From: Candidatus Shapirobacteria bacterium
GTDB taxonomy: Bacteria; Patescibacteriota; Microgenomatia; UBA12405
Assembly: GCA_003542615.1 (NCBI GenBank)
Contig: DPKG01000001.1
Coordinates: forward strand, 1-56,130
Direction: 5' to 3'
DNA: 56,130 nt
Shown one piece after another: positions 11,201-18,476 of this stretch. Numbering within the stretch: position 1 is the first letter of the stretch; each line of letters begins with the position of its first letter. The translations under genes and the position numbers were made by a program. Under the pieces are notes generated by a model that saw nothing but the letters and a program-made list of their open reading frames with translations, was not told the DNA's origin and ran no database searches.

Positions 11201-11473
11201 ACTTCCGGCTGATGCACAAACACTACATGCACCATCATTACACCAATCATAATTATAATTTGAACACGCCGTAGAAGCTTCTCCTACACACTCCGGTTCA
11301 CACGTACACCAATAATCTGCCGGATTACACCCTTCCGGGATACAAACTGTATATATTCCATGTCCACAATATATTGTGCCTTGACAATCTGTTGCCTGCG
11401 TCTTGACCACACCCAAAAACAATCCACAAAAAAATAAAAAAAGAAAGGATAGATATAAAAACCCTTTTCTCAT
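8222..11473 (-). CDS. 1083-aa secreted Cys-rich multidomain protein; candidate pilus-associated adhesin
   Basis: Signal peptide MRKGFLYLSFLFLFFCGLFLGVVKTQA. There are 24 Cys between residues 30 and 176, including CSVSCGGGTRTC (thrombospondin type-1-like core). VRFPTWSTVGGQDDIVWYEG...GTWQATINAATHAQGGFVNVNVYMDG resembles a GBS Bsp-like repeat. The C-terminus has VNGNLTV / VNGNITV beta-helix-like repeats. The start forms an ATGA overlap with the upstream ORF. Confidence 0.75.
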   Translation of the reverse strand: MRKGFLYLSFLFLFFCGLFLGVVKTQATDCQGTIYCGHGIYTVCIPEGCNPADYWCTCEPECVGEASTACSNYNYDWCNDGACSVCASAGSCSWPVCDPVATTCGECSVSCGGGTRTCTDGCTSWPQTCNTQACCVNTSWAPATNTVCTDQPFTQTGSPCGDTRTAYGTLDIPQTCTGTSIEFVETPQNTGTIWVRALGVGVSATRVRFPTWSTVGGQDDIVWYEGVNLGGGTWQATINAATHAQGGFVNVNVYMDGCGTVNNQCFPNTGYTYAPKQCSVSSNMSVVGIGQTFRVTTTGNAHINAGGDTTRLWVSRNNFTAISNYATVLSPGTTMYDYNPLYIYNYGSLNRTSTNAASTSVTASMSIGSTGNYNFWCDLNADLNGNLVKCSGNPLCDFNGGASSCADWKNCSGTANSTGGDNAFVCVNPAGACVPACGQASTCGTCSSADNGTPPTPVQVYPLGTSTNPTIIPHLNTASLRWTANTDGLTDGYHYRIFNAANNAILAGTTVVGIGSTGGTFVGVGGTVYYWNVYAYNNTCLAYNPSVGSPISPNRYFRFNASPTFVNSPPGANLTLANSDHTLVRIENTGTGYSGNQICDSRFLGNRIVGIGVTATDPDGGGDIRTISINMGVMTATVNLGATNSSTISGTGVGYFGPVTVSAVSGTTRSVVFPIIFYDNYASTALNQLRVGVTDIANASSGWINSNRYLKVWNCQVPVVGTVYDSTSSLGGAVCPNTGFNVTAPAELGFTSLTYTSSVNKVMTVTQPATYSSGANSLIWGSTYLRDFGEINGTNQVMRAIDLGNIGLGATTCYTTLNVGRTNPYIVTPYSTTPSLRVDFSFLRNQEPWFQVAGAGIKSGVSITDNVPITYYLNSPALAAMSINYGESNNGLVAAPAIDNNSGCSDCSIGLPKNMNRESNLINDSYDYEYFYQEYFSKLGVGVTFNGNQTLQTILSNSNVGGTGLVFVNGNLTVGADQSLTLGGFLMVVVNGNITVAQNVNTMTGIFVADGSFITSLATSNNTQLVINGLVSANSGATLNRGFATVSNNNLNPGVLIRYKGDLLFTMPPRLSRGISEWKVTAN

Positions 11474-12054
11474 CTTTTCTTTATCCTAAAATATCCGTCC
11501 AAATTAATAGATTTTGGATCAAAATCATAAAATAAATTTTTGCCGGGAATTGGCCCCCCTCCTTTTGATATCTTAAAAACGGTCTGGGCAATCCCCATGT
11601 TTACACTTCTCTCATCCCAATCTCTTCTGTAGATATCAATTTTTACCGTACCATCAGCCCCAACACTTTCGCCAATTGCATCCCAGACTTTACCCTCAAT
11701 ATCACTGGACACATAAAACGGATCTTTAACTTCCTTTACCAATTTAATTATCATTCGTTTCGCATCAGCTTTCAAAATAGCAGGACTGCTAAAATCCTTC
11801 ACAGTTTTACTTCCCCAAAAATCCAAGGTATCTAAATAACTGTTAAACCCAATTTCATCCTTCCAGACAAAACTCACCCCGGGAACCTCAGATATTAAAG
11901 CTATTTTGTTTGTCTTAATTAAAAATCCTCCTACAGATACAGCACCTCGATTTTTCCAACTGGACACAACCCAAAATCCAACAACAAAAATTATCACCAC
12001 TCCAATACTGACTAGAACAAATTTTTTAACCATGATACTAATAGATAATGACAA
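11470..12054 (-). CDS. Hypothetical single-pass membrane protein, translationally coupled to the 1083-aa gene
   Basis: 194-aa ORF with N-terminal TM KKFVLVSIGVVIIFVVGFWVV. Its stop overlaps the start of the downstream gene by 4 nt. No recognisable family. Confidence 0.6.
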   Translation of the reverse strand: MSLSISIMVKKFVLVSIGVVIIFVVGFWVVSSWKNRGAVSVGGFLIKTNKIALISEVPGVSFVWKDEIGFNSYLDTLDFWGSKTVKDFSSPAILKADAKRMIIKLVKEVKDPFYVSSDIEGKVWDAIGESVGADGTVKIDIYRRDWDERSVNMGIAQTVFKISKGGGPIPGKNLFYDFDPKSINLDGYFRIKKR

Positions 12055-12074
12055 AAACCATACCCCTTGTCAAT

Positions 12075-13475
12075 TTACTGGTTGATTGTTAGCGCCGAAC
12101 AACTATCCATCGAATCATAAAGATTACATCCCAAATCCTCGTATAAATAGTTGGATGAATATGAAAAACCAGTCCTTTTACCTATTTTAATCGCCATCGT
12201 AATAATTACTTGACGAAAAGCTCCTACAGGTTTTCCGATAAATGTAAAAGCCATTACAGAACTACCAGATCTATTGGTAAAATTATCATCAACCGCCTTA
12301 TCAATTGTTGAATAAGCATTAGTTGCTCCTGTCTCATCATTATAGATTAAAATGTCCTCCCCATCGAGAATCGAAAAATTACCAAAATAATATTTTGCCT
12401 CAGGATCCTTGATTTTTAAATCATCTTTTATAATTTCTATCTCTTCTTTAGTTACGGCAAACAAATTTAATAACTTATTAGTATCCCAATGCTTGGATGG
12501 ATCAGAATCAACCACAAAACTCGATCCATTCCACTTTATCTCGCTATTTTCCGAAACTAAAAATTCCATCCTATCATTCCATGCAATATGCTCAGTATTA
12601 ACATATAATTCTTTAGTTAAATTTATAAAATCTTCCCTAATTTTAGTTAGCGCCTCAGATGTAACTAAAAAAGACTCTATCGGTTCTCCATACACAGTCT
12701 CCCCAATCTTTCTCGCTCCTTCACTAATCTGAATAGTTATACCTTCTCCTTGATTTTTTAATTTTTCCGAAAAGACTACTTGGGCCACCTCAGCCGTCGC
12801 CGTCGCTGTCTCATTCGGTATTTCATCAGTCGGTACACTTGTCGCCATCGCTGTCGCCGTCGGTTCTACCCCCACCTCGGGTGTCAATGTCGGCTCTAGT
12901 TCTGCCGCCAACGCCGATTCTATAAAAAAATCCTCCAAAAATCCTTTTACCTGATCACCGATTCCGTTATCACCCTTGGGAGGTACTATCACCATATTGG
13001 ACGCATCTCTTAGATCAAAAGCCGCCTGATTGCCATCCGGATCTACCGTAATAATCGCCTTATATACCCCATCTTTAGGATCAATTATTCCGGCCACCTG
13101 ATATGTTCTTCCGTCTACTGTCGCTTCTTCCGCTATCAACATCTGATTCATGGTTACCGACTCAGTTTGATTTTGATATCCCACTACCACGAATTGTTCA
13201 ATCCCTTCATCCTGGACCGAACAATAAGAATAAGCAAAAGGCTTTTCCCCGACAATCTTCCATGTAGCAGCATAATTAACCTTATCATAGCCTAATTTCT
13301 CACAATAATCCTGTATTCTACCCAGTTCTTCCGGCGTCGGAGACGGCGTACCCAAATCCAAATTTGGTAGTTGGGTCGGAGATTCTACTTCCGAAATAAT
13401 CGGAGCCGCACAACCAGTCAACAAACTCGCAATCGTCGCTCCTGAAACTACCGCCAATTCCTTTTTATTATTCAT
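12075..13475 (-). CDS. Hypothetical lipoprotein (466 aa)
   Basis: Lipobox in MNNKKELAVVSGATIASLLTGCAAP; T/P/E/A-rich linker mid-protein; no recognisable family. Confidence 0.65.
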   Translation of the reverse strand: MNNKKELAVVSGATIASLLTGCAAPIISEVESPTQLPNLDLGTPSPTPEELGRIQDYCEKLGYDKVNYAATWKIVGEKPFAYSYCSVQDEGIEQFVVVGYQNQTESVTMNQMLIAEEATVDGRTYQVAGIIDPKDGVYKAIITVDPDGNQAAFDLRDASNMVIVPPKGDNGIGDQVKGFLEDFFIESALAAELEPTLTPEVGVEPTATAMATSVPTDEIPNETATATAEVAQVVFSEKLKNQGEGITIQISEGARKIGETVYGEPIESFLVTSEALTKIREDFINLTKELYVNTEHIAWNDRMEFLVSENSEIKWNGSSFVVDSDPSKHWDTNKLLNLFAVTKEEIEIIKDDLKIKDPEAKYYFGNFSILDGEDILIYNDETGATNAYSTIDKAVDDNFTNRSGSSVMAFTFIGKPVGAFRQVIITMAIKIGKRTGFSYSSNYLYEDLGCNLYDSMDSCSALTINQ

Positions 13476-13531
13476 ATATTTATCTTATAATATTACCAGC
13501 TATTTTACCACCTACCCCCAATAAATCAAGC

Positions 13532-14044
13532 CTATCTTCTTATGACTACCTTGGTCCGGAAAAACTTTTTAGCATAATTTTTTGAACCCGGATCGGTTGA
13601 CCCGGCACTTAGGGCAAAATTAAACTCCAAAGTAGGGGAGGCCGACCCCGTTATACAACTGGCTACAAAACCACCACAACCACTCACCCCCACGTCACTA
13701 CTGGTCAAAGACACTGTCGTTCCCACCCCCGAAATCGACGCAATCTGTCCCGTAATCCCCTCGATACAACGCAAAGTTGTCGTCACCCCGTCATACTTAT
13801 TGGTAAAAGTAACGGTGCTTTGTCCTCCGCCACAATCTATCGTAGTCGCATCAGCCTTATATAGATTTTTTTTGATTTCTTCCAACACCGCCGATCCGTT
13901 TCTATCGACCTTTTCCAAATAATTTATTTTATTATTCGCCTGAAGTGAATTGAAAATAATCACCGTAATAGACATCACTGCCACCGAAGTCAGTGCCAAA
14001 GTCACCAAAGTCTCTATCAATGTAAATCCTGTTTTTTTTCTCAT
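13532..14044 (-). CDS. Prepilin-type minor pilin (PilW/GspJ-like position)
   Basis: Class III signal MRKKTG|FTLIETLVTLALTSVAV. Confidence 0.75.
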   Translation of the reverse strand: MRKKTGFTLIETLVTLALTSVAVMSITVIIFNSLQANNKINYLEKVDRNGSAVLEEIKKNLYKADATTIDCGGGQSTVTFTNKYDGVTTTLRCIEGITGQIASISGVGTTVSLTSSDVGVSGCGGFVASCITGSASPTLEFNFALSAGSTDPGSKNYAKKFFRTKVVIRR

Positions 14045-14454
14045 CTCGTTTTTGAAAAAAATTTATCATAACTAACCGTTCTGGCCACATCATTTGTCCA
14101 TGATACCGTCACCACTGCCGTCACACAATTTCCCGCCGTGGCACATACTCCGCTGGAACTTGTTTGTGAAATAAAATCAATACTATAAGTATATCCCGGA
14201 AAATCCGAATTACTTTGCACTGCTAATTGAGTATCTTGCCAACTTGAACTAAACAAAGTTCCCGGATCATTGGCTTTCATCGCCACCAAATCTTCCATCA
14301 CTGATTCCGCCAACTGTGAAGCTTTCCGGTGATCAAAAACCTTAGATCTCGACCCCAAAGAATTAATTATCAACACCACCGCCCCCATCAACACCAAAGC
14401 CGCCGCCCCCAAAGAAAATACCACTTCAATAATACTTTGTCCTTTATTATTCAT
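14041..14454 (-). CDS. Pseudopilin-like protein (atypical G|QSIIE N-terminus)
   Basis: MNNKG|QSIIEVVFSLGAAALVLMGAVVLI, with Glu at +5 retained; overlaps both neighbouring pilin genes. Confidence 0.6.
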   Translation of the reverse strand: MNNKGQSIIEVVFSLGAAALVLMGAVVLIINSLGSRSKVFDHRKASQLAESVMEDLVAMKANDPGTLFSSSWQDTQLAVQSNSDFPGYTYSIDFISQTSSSGVCATAGNCVTAVVTVSWTNDVARTVSYDKFFSKTR

Positions 14455-14938
14455 TCACTACCCCCAAACTATCAATTATTACTACCGAGGTCGTCCCTGT
14501 CACCGAAGTTAAAGTAATCATCACACTACTTCCCACTCCCAACGTTACTCCCGTAGTTCCCACCATCTTTCCCTCAAAACTGGAAAATCTAATGGTATCA
14601 TTTCCGTTTGATTTGGAAATATTTACCGAATTAGACGTAAAATCTTTCGAATAATACGGAGTTGCTGTACTAACATCCGGATAAATACTCACCAATGATG
14701 ATCCGATATTTACACTGACATATCTCATCTCTCCGACAAAACCACTGGCTTTTTGCTGAGTCACCGCGTAATTTCTGGCCAATCTTATTGCCGATACCAC
14801 TTCATCTCTGACGGCTCCCAAATCCTGCCTGGCTCCAAATCCATTGATGTAATTCAAGCTAAATCCGCCCACCACCGCAAAAACAGCCACCGCCACCATC
14901 AACTCAATCAATGTAAATCCACTTTTTCTTGTCATCAT
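14447..14938 (-). CDS. Prepilin-type minor pilin (GspH/FimT-like)
   Basis: MMTRKSG|FTLIELMVAVAVFAVVGG. Confidence 0.75.
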   Translation of the reverse strand: MMTRKSGFTLIELMVAVAVFAVVGGFSLNYINGFGARQDLGAVRDEVVSAIRLARNYAVTQQKASGFVGEMRYVSVNIGSSLVSIYPDVSTATPYYSKDFTSNSVNISKSNGNDTIRFSSFEGKMVGTTGVTLGVGSSVMITLTSVTGTTSVVIIDSLGVVNE

Positions 14939-14968
14939 ATTAATATATTAATAATAGCAAAGGGTTTA

Positions 14969-15367
14969 TCACGGATTTCTCACCCGATAATTACAAGTTA
15001 CCGCCGGTGATCCACCACAACTTGTACCAACACTTGTACCTCCGGACTCCAAATAGGCATCCAAAGTATAGGTATAAGACGTCACCTGGGTATACACATA
15101 ATCATAATCCTTTGGATCGCTTGGCCATTCCTGTAAAAATTCCGTCACCAAATATGTTTCAGCATCCGTCGGATAAATTCCATTTTCCTGTTTATAAAGT
15201 TCCAGAGCTACTCTGATTTTTTCCAAATCTGCCATCCTTTTACTATCTCTGGCTTTCTCATTGGTTCCGGTAAATGTCACTATCCCTACTACCGATATCA
15301 CCATAATAATTGTCATTACTACAATCAATTCGATTAAAGAAAATCCTTTTTTGTTTTTAGCTTTCAT
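14969..15367 (-). CDS. Prepilin-type pilin (GspG/PulG-like)
   Basis: MKAKNKKG|FSLIELIVVMTIIMVISVVG ... KARDSKRMADLEKIRVALELY. Confidence 0.8.
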   Translation of the reverse strand: MKAKNKKGFSLIELIVVMTIIMVISVVGIVTFTGTNEKARDSKRMADLEKIRVALELYKQENGIYPTDAETYLVTEFLQEWPSDPKDYDYVYTQVTSYTYTLDAYLESGGTSVGTSCGGSPAVTCNYRVRNP

Positions 15368-15386
15368 TTTTATTATTTTTTTAATT

Positions 15387-15424
15387 TCCCTCCTTTTTCA
15401 AGGGAGGGGATAGGGGTGGGTTTT
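15387..15424. repeat. G/C-rich hairpin repeat, copy A (intergenic)
   Basis: tccctcctttttcaagggaggggataggggtgggtttt: stem ccctcc/ggaggg followed by G-runs. Related to copies at 18221, 18381 and 25782. Confidence 0.7.
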
Positions 15425-15427
15425 GCC

Positions 15428-15862
15428 CTATTGTTGATTTTTAACACAAAAATAAGCCCCACTGGAAGCCCAAACACAGTTATTAGTTGTCGAATTACCT
15501 GCCGCCGTATTTTCTACCGCTGCACAAGCACAATACCCACCGGTCACTGTTCCCGGATAAGAATAAGCTGTCCAACCTACCCCTTTTGGATCAGTCGGAA
15601 ACAATTCCAATACTATCTGGCCATTAGCAGTCCAGCTAGCCGGGGCCGAAGTGTTAACCGGATATGAATATGTTCCACTCAGTGAATAATATTGCTCCGC
15701 TGCAATTTTAATCGCATTCATATCCTCCAATCTTCTGGCATCTCTGGCTTTCTTTTGTGCTGCCGAAAAACTGACCGACACCAAAGCCGTCAAAATTCCA
15801 ATAATCGAAATACTCACCAAAAGTTCAAAAAGTGTAAATCCTCTTCTGTTATTTATTTTCAT
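15428..15862 (-). CDS. Prepilin-type pilin
   Basis: MKINNRRG|FTLFELLVSISIIGILTAL ... KKARDARRLEDM. I prefer the internal ATG at 15862. The track start at 15925 would add 21 residues before the signal peptide and overlap the upstream gene. Confidence 0.75.
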   Translation of the reverse strand: MKINNRRGFTLFELLVSISIIGILTALVSVSFSAAQKKARDARRLEDMNAIKIAAEQYYSLSGTYSYPVNTSAPASWTANGQIVLELFPTDPKGVGWTAYSYPGTVTGGYCACAAVENTAAGNSTTNNCVWASSGAYFCVKNQQ

Positions 15863-15900
15863 TTCTATAATTTTAATTACTAATTTAAGTATCTTTTCTC

Positions 15901-16359
15901 CTAATTTGCACAAACTACGAACCATTTTTCACTTGTACTATCTGTTATCCCCGCACCACAGACAGTATTCGTAATTGCACACCTCATTTGCGAATCTGCT
16001 ACATCCTCCCCGGTCGCCGCCTCCAAAGGCACGCACAACTGAAATCCATCGCCGTTATTAACCTGAGAATAATAATAGGTATAACCTATGCCCGAAGCTG
16101 AAGGTAAATACGAACCAAGTGTCACCCCAATACCCGTTACCTGACTTCCCGGCGGATAACTCTGTCTATCATTATAATAAAGCCTCAGGGCATTTTTGAC
16201 TGCCGTCATATCCTGCTTTTTTTGAGAATCTTTAGCCCTTTCTCTGGCCCCCATAAAATTTGGAAGCAATATTGCCGTCAAAGTAGCAATAATACTAATC
16301 GCTACCAACAACTCGATAAGCGTAAAACCTTTATTTTTATAAATCTGATAATCGTGCAT
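15901..16359 (-). CDS. Prepilin-type pilin
   Basis: MHDYQIYKNKG|FTLIELLVAISIIATLTAIL ... RERAKDSQKKQDM. Confidence 0.75.
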   Translation of the reverse strand: MHDYQIYKNKGFTLIELLVAISIIATLTAILLPNFMGARERAKDSQKKQDMTAVKNALRLYYNDRQSYPPGSQVTGIGVTLGSYLPSASGIGYTYYYSQVNNGDGFQLCVPLEAATGEDVADSQMRCAITNTVCGAGITDSTSEKWFVVCAN

Positions 16360-16831
16360 TTGGGCTTATGATGGCAAAATTATAATCATGACTACAAAAA
16401 TTATAAGGATTACCGTTATTCAGTTTATTGTAATCCGAGTCCAGATTATTTTCCAAATTAGAAAACAATCCATACATTTTTTGATCAGCCGAAACTACAT
16501 AACAATATTGATAAGGCGGACTGTTTATTCTATTTTCTGTTGGAACCGTTGCCATATAAGTATAGCCATCATCCTCAAAAACTCCTCCCCAATGTATTAT
16601 CTCACCACTAATTAATTGAATTTCACCAAGACTTGATCTGGGAAATTCTCCATAATCGGTATAATACATTTCCAAAGCCTTACCCAAAGCACTGATATCA
16701 CCCTTTCTTTGAACGTCTCTGGCTTTTCTTTGTGCCGTCATAAATTGAGCCACCGTAATTGTTGTCAAAATTCCCATAATCACTATCACTATCAACATCT
16801 CAATCAATGTAAACCCTTTTTTATTTTTCAT
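16337..16831 (-). CDS. Prepilin-type pilin
   Basis: MKNKKG|FTLIEMLIVIVIMGILTT ... QRKARDVQRKGDI. Confidence 0.8.
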   Translation of the reverse strand: MKNKKGFTLIEMLIVIVIMGILTTITVAQFMTAQRKARDVQRKGDISALGKALEMYYTDYGEFPRSSLGEIQLISGEIIHWGGVFEDDGYTYMATVPTENRINSPPYQYCYVVSADQKMYGLFSNLENNLDSDYNKLNNGNPYNFCSHDYNFAIISPNARLSDL

Positions 16832-16886
16832 TTTATTCTGGTTTTTGTCTTTATTTCCTAAATTAAATATACAACAATTTTAAAAA

Positions 16887-17543
16887 TTAATTACTACAAG
16901 TTGGTCCACAACAATCTGTAACACAAATTGCTGCATTTTCGCCATTATTATCAGCATAACACCCGCCGGGAGTAGTCAAATCACAACTAACCACTGATTG
17001 GCATCCCGAAGGTCCACAATCCGTACTACAAATACCACTACATGTTGACGATATAACATATTCATACCAATTCATATTTGTACTTGATACTCCATAATTA
17101 ACTTCCTGGCTTGGCAACAATACCCCTCCGCCTCCGACATTTCTAAAACTGTCATACCAATCCTCCGGAATATCGGCATCATTAACATTGTCCAAATTTG
17201 TCAAAATCTTAAACCACCTCGGACAATCCACATCGTCCACCACAATATAATATTGACTGCCATCGGGATCGCATGGCCATCTTTGTAACCAAGGAGCAAA
17301 ATCATCCGAATTACACGCCAATCCGGCCAACACCGTACTGGTCGGATAACAGCCATCATGATCATTACTATATTCCTCAAAAGCCACACTCAATCTTTTC
17401 AAATCCTTCTTTCGGGTTGCGTCCTGCCCCTTATTCAATACTCCCCAGGGATTCATCGAAGATACTACCAACGCTATCAACATCAACATAATCGTCATCG
17501 CCACTACCATTTCCATCAAAGTAAAACCCTGCATTTTTTTCAT
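16887..17543 (-). CDS. Prepilin-type pilin with a Cys-rich C-terminal module
   Basis: MKKMQG|FTLMEMVVAMTIMLMLIALVV. It has 14 Cys, most of them in the last 50 residues (CSGICSTDCGPSGCQSVVSC...CVTDCCGPTCSN). I prefer the ATG at 17543. The track start at 17609 overlaps pilD. Confidence 0.7.
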   Translation of the reverse strand: MKKMQGFTLMEMVVAMTIMLMLIALVVSSMNPWGVLNKGQDATRKKDLKRLSVAFEEYSNDHDGCYPTSTVLAGLACNSDDFAPWLQRWPCDPDGSQYYIVVDDVDCPRWFKILTNLDNVNDADIPEDWYDSFRNVGGGGVLLPSQEVNYGVSSTNMNWYEYVISSTCSGICSTDCGPSGCQSVVSCDLTTPGGCYADNNGENAAICVTDCCGPTCSN

Positions 17544-17563
17544 AATTAAATTTACCATATCTC

Positions 17564-18361
17564 TCACATAAAACCCTGCACCCAAAAAATAATTTTCTCC
17601 CCCCACCAATAAGCAACCACCACCCCCAAAATCAAAAATGGGCCAAATGGTATAGGTGTTGTTTTTTTTACCTTATTTAAAAGCATTAGACCACCTCCAA
17701 GCACTGCCCCTGTCAAAAAGGCAACATAGTAGGCCACGATTACCTTATACCCCAAAAACAATCCGATAAAAATAGCCAACTTAACATCTCCCAAACCCAT
17801 GCCTTTGCCTTTGGTAATTAAATATAAAACTCCCAAAAACAAAGTCGATCCCACTGCCGCCAAGATATGTTGCTGTAAGGGTGGATTTCCATATCCACTC
17901 CACAATAATACTCCGGCTCCAATTACCAAAATTACTGTCGAAAAATCCGGCAATATCATATACTTCAGGTCAAAAATAAAACTAAACACCAAAAACACCG
18001 AAATCAGCATCAAAAAAACTATCTGAAACCAATTTTCAAAATTTACCCAAAAAATAATCACAAAAATCACTCCCAAAATCAGTTCTATCAATGGATAAGA
18101 ATAGGGTAGGGGATTACCGCAACATCGGGATTTTCCCTTCAAAAAAAGCCAGGAGAATAGGGGGATATTGTCATACCAATTTAATTTTTCCCCGCACCAA
18201 TCACAAAATGATCTGTTTTTAGCCACCCTTTTCAAGGGGGGATCTAAAGGGGGTTTTATTTTATATCCCACCGCCACCCGATATTCCAGCATATTTACAA
18301 AGCTCCCCCAACTCATCCCCAACAAAAATACTAAAACCGATATAAATATTAAAATTACCAT
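17564..18361 (-). CDS. pilD: Prepilin peptidase / N-methyltransferase (A24 family) PilD
   Basis: Polytopic protein with CDWCGEKLNWYDNIPLFSWLFLKGKSRCCGNPL (Zn-finger region) and GMGLGDVKL (catalytic Asp motif). It contains repeat copy B in frame (KIKPPLDPPLKRV). Confidence 0.88.
   Translation of the reverse strand: MVILIFISVLVFLLGMSWGSFVNMLEYRVAVGYKIKPPLDPPLKRVAKNRSFCDWCGEKLNWYDNIPLFSWLFLKGKSRCCGNPLPYSYPLIELILGVIFVIIFWVNFENWFQIVFLMLISVFLVFSFIFDLKYMILPDFSTVILVIGAGVLLWSGYGNPPLQQHILAAVGSTLFLGVLYLITKGKGMGLGDVKLAIFIGLFLGYKVIVAYYVAFLTGAVLGGGLMLLNKVKKTTPIPFGPFLILGVVVAYWWGEKIIFWVQGFM
18221..18256. repeat. G/C-rich hairpin repeat, copy B (inside pilD, in frame)
   Basis: gccacccttttcaaggggggatctaaagggggtttt. 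It shares the exact 14-mer tcaaggggggatct with copy D in ligA. Confidence 0.7.
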
Positions 18362-18366
18362 AATTT

Positions 18367-18394
18367 ATTGTATTTTTTTTCCCCCTCTTGTCAA
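18367..18394 (-). promoter_or_regulatory. Candidate sigma70-type promoter for pilD (TTGACA-16-TACAAT), -10 box ending 5 nt from the ATG
   Basis: The reverse strand reads TTGACAagagggggaaaaaaaaTACAATaaattATG. The -35 box lies in the loop of repeat copy C. Confidence 0.5.
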
Positions 18395-18415
18395 AGAGGG
18401 GGTAGGGGGAGATTG
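18381..18415. repeat. G/C-rich hairpin repeat, copy C (intergenic)
   Basis: ccccctcttgtcaaagagggggtagggggagattg: 9-bp stem ccccctctt/aagaggggg with loop gtca. Confidence 0.75.
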
Positions 18416-18427
18416 GTCCTTCCCATT

Positions 18428-18455
18428 AAAAAACCCCGACTTCCGTCGGGGTTTT
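18428..18455 (-). terminator. Rho-independent terminator after the long-leader pilin gene
   Basis: The reverse strand reads aaaaccccgac-ggaa-gtcgggg followed by tttttt. It is a 7-bp GC stem starting 22 nt after the stop at 18477. Confidence 0.8.
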
Positions 18456-18476
18456 AATTACTTTCTTAAATTAGCA

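Noticed and set aside
10568-11212. 214-aa plus-strand ORF, plus other antisense ORFs such as 8662-8868, 10060-10287, 12409-12732, 19583-19957, 22700-23014, 25974-26438, 37609-37881 and 41798-42136
   Set aside because: All are embedded opposite or out of frame in longer ORFs with clear homology or domain signatures. Their translations are low-complexity (R/S/T/P- or I/F-rich). I treat them as shadow ORFs.
11548-11572. ggcccccctccttttgatatc as a fifth copy of the G/C-rich hairpin repeat, inside the 194-aa ORF
   Set aside because: Only the C-rich arm is present. There is no matching G-rich arm or tail. It may be a remnant but is too short to call.
15863-15925. Longer starts for two pilin ORFs (15925 and 17609 in the track)
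   Set aside because: They add about 21-22 residues ahead of the class III signal peptide and overlap the upstream genes. Internal ATGs at 15862 and 17543 give normal short prepilin leaders.
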